Shown: piece after piece, positions 26,735-37,945 of the stretch
Layout of the letters: each line of letters opens with the position of its first letter
How positions within the stretch are numbered: the first letter of the stretch is position 1
Assembly (NCBI GenBank): GCA_002269645.1
Contig: NIVC01000494.1
Span: 62,001 to 126,000, forward strand
DNA length: 64,000 nt
Direction: 5' to 3'
Source of the DNA: Macrostomum lignano
Taxonomy: Eukaryota
Notes under the pieces: model-generated
Database searches by the model: none
Told to the model about the DNA's origin: nothing
What the model saw: the letters and a program-made list of their open reading frames with translations, nothing else
Translations under genes and position numbers: made by a program

Positions 26735-27250
26735 CCCTCTTCTCCTCTCTCTTCCTCTCCTCTCTCTTCCTCTCCTCTCTCTTCCTCTCCTCTCTCTTCC
26801 TCTCCTCTCTCTTCCTCTCCTCTCTCTTCCTCTCCTCTCTCTTATTCTCCTCTCTCTCTTCTTCTCCTCTCTCTTCCTCTCCTCTCTCTTCCTCTCCTCT
26901 CTCTTCCTCTCCTCTCTCTTATTCTCCTCTCTCTCTTCTTCTCCTCTCTCTTCCTCTCCTCTCTCTTCCTCTCCTCTCTCTTCCTCTCCTCTCTCTTCCT
27001 CTCCTCTCTCTTCTTCTCCTCTCTCTTCCTCTCCTCTCTCTTCCTCTCCTCTCTCTTCCTCTCCTCTCTCTTCCTTTCCTCTCTCTTCCTCTCCTCTCTC
27101 TTCTTCTCCTCTCTCTTCCTCTCCTCTCTCTTCCTTTCCTCTCTCTTCCTCTCCTCTCTCTTCCTCTCCTCTCTCTTCCTTTCCTCTCTCTTACTCTGCT
27201 CTCTCTTCTTCTCCTCTCTCTTCTTCTTCTCTCTCTTCTTCCTCTCCTCT
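26735..27250. repeat. 15-bp pyrimidine-rich minisatellite (CTCTCTTCCTCTCCT)n
   Basis: About 34 units. Confidence 0.95.
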
Positions 27251-27879
27251 CTATTTTTCTACTTCTCTCTCTTTATCTACCGCTCGCCCTCTTTCTCCCC
27301 AGGCTACTTCTTCTCTACCCTCTTTAAATCTCCAATACTCCTTCCTACCTCTCACCATATTTCTCTCTTTTATATCTCACTGCAGTGTCTGCATCTCTCC
27401 TAACCCTCCCTACCTCTCTCCTTTCATCCAATATAGCTCGCCTTCTCCCACTGCTCAACTCCAAGCAATTTGTCATTCTCCCCCCCTTCTCGCCTCTCAT
27501 CTTCTCATGCCCGAATCTTGCTGATTTTCCATCCCCTCCGACAGCTGCAGTCATGCAGGCTTCCTCCAACCAGACAACCTGCTTCGTGCGCCAGCTCTCG
27601 GCCAAAGTTCAGCGGCTCAGCGAAAGCACACTTGAACCCCTCCCTAGAAGCAGTCTATTGGCTCTCGTTGGATGAAAGGCCAGCTGGGGATATCTGCCGC
27701 TCTGAGCAGTCCGCACCTGCCTATTTGAGTGGTTCGATGTTTTACGTAGAGGCAGAGAAAAATTACCTTGTTTACTTTCAGCTCGAGATTTTTGCTCCGC
27801 ATCATTCTGGTTCAGTTGAGAGCTCACCTGCTTCTAGCTGATAAACTGCCGAACAAGGTAGGAGACTTGTTGAACTTCA

Positions 27880-28247
<368 letters not shown>

Positions 28248-28844
28248 GAACAGTAATGCTAAAATCTCAATGCTTTTTCTGTTTTTGTCTCCTGTCAGGC
28301 TGTTTACCCCTCAGCCTAGTCAAGGCATAGCTGGGTCAGCAGCGATACGAATTTATTATGCTCCTTCTTCAATTCTCGCGAGTTCTGCCCCCAAGGGGTG
28401 GCCAGTTGTCTCAGTTCCAGCTAGTATTCTCAGTTTCCAACTCGGCAAGAAAGTAGCAAGCACAAGGTAGCCTTCTCGGGCCTAGGGCAAGCGCCTGACC
28501 TGACAAAAGTACTAAACCTGTCTCAGGGATTCGCACCTGCCTTCCTCAGAGGCTGAGGAAGCAGCATCTGCCAAGCGAGAAGTTGGCGCAGATGGCCCAG
28601 GGTAGAGAGGACTGGTATGAGCTAGATAGGTAGGATTTAAGAGTAAACTATTGTCAAATTAGGATTAGCTAATGCTGACACATGCTCGCGCGAAATCAAT
28701 TTTTTATTCAATGCATCATTTTACGATTTATTGCGTAATCATTGCACAGGTGTTTTTGATTTGTTACAGTTAAGCAAAACCACAGATAAAGAAGGCACAA
28801 TAATCAATGGAAAATATTGTGTAAACAAAGCAACTCGTAAACGA

Positions 28845-30300
28845 AGGCACAGATAAACGAAGGCATAGATAAACAAAGGCATAGATAAACAAAGGCATAG
28901 ATAAACAAAGGCATAGATAAACAAAGGCATAGATAAACAAAGGCATAGATAAACAAAGGCATAGATAAACGAAGTCATAGATAAACAAAGGCATAGATAA
29001 ACGAAGTCATAGATAAACAAAGGCATAGATAAACAAACTATATAAACAAAGGCATAGGTAAACGAAGTCATAGATAAACAAAGGCATAGATAAACGAAGT
29101 CATAGATAAACAAAGGCATAGATAAAAAAGGCATAGATAAACGAAGACATAGATAAACAAAGGCATAGATAAACAAAGGCATAGATAAACAAAGGCATAG
29201 ATAAACGAAGTCATAGATAAACAAAGGCATAGATAAACGAAGTCATAGATAAACAAAGGCATAGATAAACAAAGGCATAGATAAACGAAGTCATAGATAA
29301 ACAAAGGCATAGATAAACGAAGTCATAGATAAACAAAGGCATAGAAAAACAAAAGGCATAGATAAACGATGTCATAGATAAACAAAGGCATAGATAAACG
29401 AAGTCATAGATAAACAAAGGCATAGATAAACGAAGTCATAGATAAACAAAGGCATAGATAAACGAAGTCATAGATAAACAAAGGCATAGAAAAACAAAAG
29501 GCATAGATAAACGAAGTCATAGATAAACAAAGGCATAGATAAACGAAGTCATAGATAAACAAAGGCATAGATAAACGAAGTCATAGATAAACAAAGGCAT
29601 AGATAAACGAAGTCATAGATAAACAAAGGCATAGATAAACGAAGTCATAGATAAACAAAGGCATAGATAAACGAAGTCATAGAAAAACAAAAGGCATAGA
29701 TAAACGAAGGCATAGATAAACAAAGGCATAGAAAAACAAAAGGCATAGATAAACAAAGGCATAGATAAACGAAGTCATAGATAAACAAAGGCATAGAAAA
29801 ACAAAAGGCATAGATAAACGAAGGCATAGATAAACAAAGGCATAGATAAACGAAGTCATAGATAAACGAAGTCATAGATAAACAAAGGCATAGAAAAACA
29901 AAAGGCATAGATAAACGATCTCATAGAAAAACAAAAGGCATAGATAAACGATGTCATAGATAAACAAAAGGCATAGATAAACGATCTCATAGATAAACAA
30001 AGGCATAGATAAACGAAGTCATAGATAAACAGAGGCATAGATAAACAAAGGCATAGATAAACGAAGTCATAGATAAACAAAGGCATAGATAAACGAAGAC
30101 ATAGATAAACGAAGGCATAGATAAACGAAGTCATAGATAAACAAAGGCATAGATAAACGAAGTCATAGATAAACAAAGGCATAGATAAACAAGGGCATAG
30201 ATAAACAAAGGCATAGATAAACGAAGTCATAGAAAAACAAAGGCCTAGAAAAACAAAAGGCATAGATAAAAGAAGTCATAGATAAACAAAGGCATAGATA
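28845..30300. repeat. 16-bp minisatellite (AGATAAACAAAGGCAT / AGATAAACGAAGTCAT)n
   Basis: About 90 units with two alternating variants. Confidence 0.97.
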
Positions 30301-30943
30301 TGCAGGTGCAATGTCCGAAGGCAAAGACAGTAGTCAAATGAGAAATGAAGCACGAAGCAAGCCTAATCCTGCAGTGAAAGAAATTCAATCCGATGGCAGT
30401 GTGCGAGGGCTCCAAGACTATAATAGCAGCCGTTAACCCCAACTGCATTAGGTGGCTCAATTAGACGGCTTTGCCAAAAAGATGGGAGGGAAAATTATGT
30501 GAATATACAGTTTTGCTTGACCAGTCTTCCCCGGTCCTCAGCAGGTATGAAAAGCAAAAGATAAATGATGTGTTTTTCGTCGGATAACATTTTCTAAAAA
30601 TAGTTGAATCTGTTGAAGATAGGAAAAGGAAAAAATAAATTCAGTTTAACAGTATATTTACGTACGATGCAAATATAAGTACAAAATCTACAATATTTAA
30701 GGTTGATAAACAAGTTTTAAAGACACTCAGCTCTGCTTCCGACCCAACCAAGTCTTAAGGAAATCAAAAAAATAAGTTCATTAGCCATCCACGGGCCTCT
30801 CTAGATAGAAGCGGAGTCTTCAAAGGGAAAAAGGAATTAAAGTTAAATATCTATGTTGTAATGTCTAATCAACATAGCTGCCGTGTTATCAAGCCGAGTT
30901 TCACATATAAGGGAGATGAAACCCAACCTCTGTGAATAATGAA

Positions 30944-31989
30944 ACGAGGGAAGGACAACCCTCAGGAACGAGGGAAGGACAACCCTCGGTGGACACTGTA
31001 TCGAGGGAAGGACAACCCTCAGGAACGAGGGAAGGATACCCTCAGGAACGAGGGAAGGACAACCCTCAGTAACGAGGGAAGGATACCCTCAGGAACGAGG
31101 GAAGGACAACCCTCAGTAACGAGGGAAGGATACCCTCAGGAACGAGGGAAGGACAACCCTCGGTGGACACTGTATCGAGGGAAGGACAACCCTCAGGAAA
31201 GAGGGAAGGACAACCCTCAGGAACGTGGGAAGGATACCCTCAGGAACGAGGGAAGGACAACCCTCAGGAACGTGGGAAGGATACCCTCAGGAACGAGGGA
31301 AGGACAACCCTCAGTAACGAGGGAAGGATACCCTCAGGAACGAGGGAAGGACAACCCTCGGTGGACACTGTATCGAGGGAAGGACAACCCTCAGGAAAGA
31401 GGGAAGGACAACCCTCAGGAACGTGGGAAGGATACCCTCAGGAACGAGGGAAGGACAACCCTCAGGAACGTGGGAAGGATACCCTCAGGAACGAGGGAAG
31501 GACAACCCTCAGGAACGTGGGAAGGATACCCTCAGGAACGAGGGAAGGACAACCCTCAGTAACGAGGGAAGGATACCCTCAGGAACGAGGGAAGGACAAC
31601 CCTCGGTGGACACTGTATCGAGGGAAGGACAACCCTCAGGAAAGAGGGAAGGACAACCCTCAGGAACGTGGGAAGGATACCCTCAGGAACGAGGGAAGGA
31701 CAACCCTCGGTGGACACTGTATCGAGGGAAGGACAACCCTCAGGAAAGAGGGAAGGACAACCCTCAGGAACGTGGGAAGGATACCCTCAGGAAAGAGGGA
31801 AGGACAACCCTCGGTGGACACTGTATCGAGGGAAGGACAACCCTCAGGAACGAGGGAAGGACAACCCTCAGGAATGAGGGAAGGACAACCCTCAGGAAAG
31901 AGGGAAGGACAACCCTCAGGAACGTGGGATACCCTCAGGAAAGAGGGAAGGACAACCCTCGGTGGACACTGTATCGAGGGAAGGACAAC
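30944..31989. repeat. composite array of a hairpin core GAGGGAAGGA(CA/T)ACCCTC with short recurring linkers
   Basis: Unit lengths ~23, 24 and 33 bp; linkers AGGAAC, AGTAAC, AGGAAA and GGTGGACACTGTATC recur. Confidence 0.92.
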
Positions 31990-32190
31990 AGAAGTTAAGA
32001 AGACCGAAAATATGTGAGCTTTTAAGAAATTAGGGTCTCAATAATACTACTTTTCTTACACATTGCAGTAGTCTGGCACGTATTTTTGTAAAAAATTCAA
32101 TAAAAATGCTTTCTGATGGATATTGCAAGAAACTTGAATCAGTTCACTCACTCTTCGAATATCTGGTCAATACTACGAGCTCTCAACACT

Positions 32191-32494
32191 GGGGGTTGGA
32201 GCCTAGTGGTTAGAGCGTCGGACTAACGACTGAAAGGTCGTAGGTTCGATTCTCGACCTACTCGGTCAACAATTTGTGTCCTTGAGCAAGACATTTAACT
32301 TTGCATTGCTTCAGTTCACCCAGCTGTAAAATGGGTGCCAGCATTAGCTGTGGTAATGGAGGTTGTGTGTGGCGACCCCCCAGTCTTTGGACTGAACAGC
32401 CGTACGCAGCCTTCAGATGCGCCGCGCAATAGCTGCGGCTGAGCTGTCGGTTGCACATCTGCCTATTAAGGCAGGTGTAATCAGTTATTATTAT
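32191..32494 (+). mobile_element. tRNA-headed CORE-type SINE, copy 1
   Basis: A-box GCCTAGTGGTTAG and B-box GGTTCGATTC. The central TGTGTCCTTGAGCAAGACATTTAAC...TTCAGTTCACCCAGCTGTAAAATGGG resembles the MIR/CORE domain. It ends in a (TTA)n tail and is highly similar to the copies at 44.5 and 47.5 kb. Confidence 0.9.
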
Positions 32495-32527
32495 CTCACC
32501 TCACACTGCAGACTCGCACCAGCAGAG

Positions 32528-34921
32528 ATGAACGCGAATTTCACGACTGCCACAAATCTGACTGATCCATCAGCGTCAATGCAGCTGTACCTGAGGCACT
32601 TGATGTCCGCTCACCGCGAGGCCCTGTTAAACCGGCCGCTGGCCTTCAGCCTCACCGCCTGCCTGTCCGTCTTGGCCCTCGCTGGCACCATTGGCAACCT
32701 GCTGGTCATCGCTTTCTTCGTGCGCACCCTGAAGGACTGGCCGTCAAATGTGTACGTAGTGGTCCTGGCCGTGCTGGACTTGCTCGTCTGCTGCGTAGTG
32801 ATCCCGGCGACAATTTACCAGGACATCTGGCAGGGCGCCAGCACCGACTTTTCCTGCAAGGCGTTGCATCTTCTCCGCAGCTGCTTGATTCCAGCCTCCG
32901 CCTGCCTGCTCTGCCTCATCGCCGTGGACAGGTTCCTGTTGATTTGCTTCGTGCCGGCGGTGCAGATCCGACCGACTGGCGTCGCCTTTTGGATCGCCTT
33001 CGCTATCGCCATTGGCGCCCTGGCCGGTGCCCCGGTCGGTCTGTCAACCGGCACGCAGAAGCCCGTGCACATGGCGCTGGACTCCAGCAAGCCGGTCATG
33101 CTGGTGCACGAAGGCCGACGTTGCCAAGACGATAGCACCGTCATTAGCATCAATGTGCAGCGCATCTTCAAGCTGATCATCAGCTGCCTATTTGGCTTGA
33201 CTTTAGTCACGGTTGTGGCTTTCTACATCAAAATTTTCACCTTTGTGCGCAACCGCCAGCTGAAGTGGGTCCGCGCCAGGGCGCTCCTGGCTGGCGGCGC
33301 CGATGGCAAACATAAACGACGCCATCGGCAGCAACAACAGCAGCAACAGCGGCGGCAGAAGAAGTCAATCCAGCTGGCTAAGCACCATCGACGGATGCCC
33401 GATCAGTGCCGTCAGGGAAGCTCCGAGGCCGCGGAGGACAGCTCGGAGGGCTCGAAAAGACGCCGCCGAGGTCCCACTGTGCGTCACTGCTCAACGGGTC
33501 GAAGCGAGATCGAAATGACTGAATGCACCTCGTTCGGCACGTCGCACGGACAGAAGCGCAACTCTGACGCAGTGTCGACCTCGCTAGCGCCCGCCACCGT
33601 GCTAGCGGTGGCTTCAGTCTCGGACCTGCCGCAGTTCAGCTTGTCCGTTGAGACGCCAGGGCAAACCGCTTCAGCTGACGCAGTTACGTCGACTGACGAC
33701 TCACCAGAAAAAAAATCGGCAGTTAATGTGAGCCTTGTCGATTGTTTTGAATGCTTTTGTGCTTATTTATTCTGTTCTGTGCTTCAACGAGATTATGCAG
33801 TGTTACTCCATCATTACTTTAGCTTTAACACCATCGCATCAAATGCAACATTATGGCATCAAATTTAACATCATCGCTTCAAATTTAAAATCATCGCATC
33901 AATTGTAACATCATCGCATCAAATTCAACATCATCGCATCAAATTTAACATCATCACATCAACTGTAAAATCATCGCATCAAATTTAACATCATCGCATC
34001 AACTGTAACACCATCGCATCAACTGTAACACCATCGCATCAACTGTAACACCATCGCATCAACTGTAGCATCATCGCATCAACTGTAAAACCATCGCATC
34101 AACACTGCCACTTTCCACTTGTCTCTCAGATCGTTGAGGAAGATTCCAAAGAGAAGCTCAGCCGAAGCGACAACTCACTCGTAGTGCCATTCTGCGCCGG
34201 AAGTGGCGACGGCGGAAACAATGACGTTAACTTGTCAATCAGAGGCCCAAGAAAGTCGAGCAGCTGGAGCTTCCTCAGCAGCCATCAGCAGCAGCCACCT
34301 GAACAGCAGCCATCAACGACAACGCCAGAGACACGCAGCCTTCTGGCCGATCCCAGACCAGTAGAAGTCTGCGACAGTTTCAAGCAGGACAACCAGGATG
34401 TCGATGGCGTCAGTACCGCCACTGTAGTCCACTGCGCCCGTCAGCAACTCGAAGAACGCCGACGGAAGAAGCCGCACATCAAGACGGCAAAAATGTTGGC
34501 GGTAATCACGTGTTTCTACCTACTCTCCTACCTGCCCTTTCTAGTGCTTTTTAACTATCCCGGAATGGGTCTGCCGAAGCGAAACGTGTCGCTTCAGATG
34601 CAATTTTCCGTTGCTCACGGCGATCAAGACGTGTCGTCACTGTTGCTTGGCAACCAAAGCTACCTGGGCAACTTCAGCCGCGAAGGCGATCGGCTTTCGT
34701 CCAGCGACCCTTTTCAAGGCGGCCAGTTTGTGAACAGCTTCGCTGATGAACAGCAGGCTGACGGTGACACCGAGTCCAGCTGGATTCGCAACCTGGTTCA
34801 GGTGTTTTTCTACTTCTATTTTATTAATCACGGCGTTAATCCCATTATTTACGGCTGCATGAACACCTGTTTTCGGCGTCATATTAGCGGCATGTACGGC
34901 AATATGAAGCATCCATGCTGA
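32528..34921 (+). CDS. orphan class A (rhodopsin-like) GPCR, peptide-receptor-like, 663 aa, 2 exons
   Basis: Exons 32528-33727 and 34130-34921 with a phase-0 GT-AG intron. N-terminal sequons NFT and NLT; TM1 GTIGNLLV; TM2 NVYVVVLAVLDLLVC; TM3 LIAVDRF; TM6 KTAKMLAVITCFYLLSYLP; TM7 INHGVNPIIY; stop at 34919-34921. Confidence 0.93.
33826..34102. repeat. 20-bp minisatellite (AACATCATCGCATCAAATTT variants) in the GPCR intron
   Basis: About 14 units, ending ~28 nt before the acceptor at 34129. Confidence 0.9.
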
Positions 34922-35086
34922 AGTTACTATACGAGCCGTAGATCAGCTACTGATATGGTTGCTGAGTTTATTTTATTTGTATGGAACTGAGAACTAGCTA
35001 ATTGTCATTTTTCACTAGTTCGCTCGGTCTCTCGTTCATTTACGAGCCTAGCATCTGAGAAACAACCATTCCATGTAACACGCTAA

Positions 35087-35330
35087 ATCCGATAGGCCAC
35101 CATCAGTTAATCCGATAGGCCACCATCAGTTAATCCGATAGGCCACCATCAGTTAATCCGATAGGCCACCATCAGTTAATCCGATAGGCCACCATCAGCT
35201 AATCCGATAGGCCACCATCAGTTAATCCGATAGGCCACCATCAGCTAATCCGATAGTCTACCATCAGTTAATCCGATAGGCCACCATAAGTTAATCCGAT
35301 AGGCCACCATCAGGTTATCCGTAAGGTCAC
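35087..35330. repeat. 23-bp minisatellite (TTAATCCGATAGGCCACCATCAG)n
   Basis: About 10 units, downstream of the GPCR. Confidence 0.92.
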
Positions 35331-36409
35331 CATCTCTAGATCTGATGAGACATGGTCATTCAATAACTATGTCAGTTAAATTCAGTCACAGGTACTCGTA
35401 ATTTATCACTGTTTTTTTATTTGAAACCGTAATTTTAATTGTGTTTTGCAGCTGTTTATAATTTTGTTTTGAAACCGATAATTTGAAACAATTAGATCTG
35501 TTTACGTCATTCTTTTAGAGCTGCAGTATTCTGTTTCGTAATATCCTATAATACCTATATACTAAAATCATATCTATAATTTTTTGCTTCAGGACGTTAA
35601 CCAGTTGAATTTTTGAAAAATGTTTTAAGTCATAAAGACCCATTTCACACTACTACCCAATGAGTAGTAAAATTTTATGTACATTCTCATATAGCTTCGA
35701 CGTTATAAAAAGAATCACAAAATTTAGTGGTTTTGTGTCAGTGTAAATTCTATTTAAGCAGCTATTGTTGACTTTTTTATGTCTTTGCTGTGATTTGCGT
35801 CTTGGAAACTGTCTATTAACGTAGCAAATTGTCTTTTTTTTCTTTTTGTTCAAATGAAGAAACTTTTTTCCTCGTCTAAGGTTGATTTACAATTTTGAAG
35901 TTATCGTTATTGTTTCTTGTTTGTTCTCAGTCAAAAAGTAATTGGCTGTTTCGAATTTGAACTTTTTGTTAATGTTTTAATAGCAAAATCAGAGACAAAA
36001 GAAAATCGTATTATGATTAAAATATTTAGCTGCAGATGAGTAAATAAAAAATAAATAAAATCATTGACCTGCTTGTTCTTTTACATTTTATATTATTCTC
36101 CCAGCTAAGATTTAACTTTGGCGTTATTTTAAAAAACATCCGGCTTTCCTATTATCTTATTTATCTATTTAAATGGCTTGCTTAATAATAACTATTGTTC
36201 CTCATCTTATGTATTTATATGATGAAACAAGCTCGAATTATCAAAAATAACCTAATATTTAACTACGTGACGTGGTATTGAACTTTTTTCAATTTACTGT
36301 TTTCTCGTATAATTTAACAATATAAAATTTTCTCTGGCTACCGTTTAAATATGTATTTTTCGTTTTTCTTCGTTCCTTTTTGCACTTGCTTCTTAGTTAG
36401 ATTAGCTAG

Positions 36410-37020
<611 letters not shown>

Positions 37021-37945
37021 AGTTGTTTGATTGATTGTTTGTTTGTTTGTTTGTCTTGTTTGTTTGTTTGCTGGATACCGTAAACGAGCAGAAGAAAATA
37101 AAGTCTGACTTTGCGCTCTTGCTGTCTTCCATTATCTTCTGTCATCAAAAGAAACAAAACGGGAATAATTATGGATTGAGAAGTGTATATTTTTTTTTAC
37201 TAAATATATGCGTATGAGTGCAAATTTGTGTACACGTTCGCGAATTGAGAGAATTGTGCTGGGAGCTATTTGCAACAAGTATACAAAGACAGCGATAAGC
37301 TTGGCAAAAAATAGTTACCGCAGTGATGATGGGGTAGCAGAGTGCTACTGCAGCGTGTAGATAGTTCACGTGACGCAAAAACGACTGTGATTATAAAATC
37401 TTGTTTTCATGTAAGTGAAATTAATTATGAGTTGTTAAAAGCAGAGAGAACCATATTAGTAGTTCAAGTAATGGGGCGGGCGCATTTTTTTTCTTGGAAA
37501 TCCGCCATTAAAATGTCGCATGTGATTTATGTTGATAAGTTAAATCTCAATTTGATTAATTACTTTCTGCAAAAGTAAGACACAGAATGGCCCACCGTCA
37601 ACAGTTCTTAGTACAAAAGCGAATACAACTATCGTATTAATATTCTAACAAAGTGTTCCGAAAATTCCAGTAAACAAAATCAAAAGATTATCACAAAGAA
37701 GATCCAATAGAATCTATGCTTTGATTAAATTATCAATATTGGAAAATTATGTTTCTTCTTAAAAGCTATATATGCTACACAATTATCTCAAAAAAACTTC
37801 TCTCGACAATACGGAGGGCGCAGCTCTTAGGACGCCAGTGTTGGAAAAATAAGTTACTTACTTCAGTCTTATTTTATGAAAATCAATTGGTGATCGTTCT
37901 AGAGTAGCTAGCTAGTCCTTGAGCAAGTTTAAAGCTAACTCAGCC

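Noticed and set aside
30944-31989. CRISPR array
   Set aside because: The linkers are short and reused rather than unique spacers, there are no cas genes, and the context is eukaryotic.
32191-32265. Functional tRNA genes at the SINE heads (also 44730-44798 and 47730-47800)
   Set aside because: The A and B boxes are present, but they run directly into a shared ~230-bp CORE body and tail, and the acceptor and anticodon stems do not pair.
32417-32527. N-terminal extension of the GPCR from the ATG at 32417
   Set aside because: That ATG lies inside the SINE. An acceptor at 32511 and the ATG at 32528, followed by NFT/NLT sequons, fit a normal receptor N-terminus.
33728-33868. GPCR ORF ending at 33868 as a 5-TM protein
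   Set aside because: A GTGAG donor at 33728 splices in phase to 34130 and supplies TM6-TM7.
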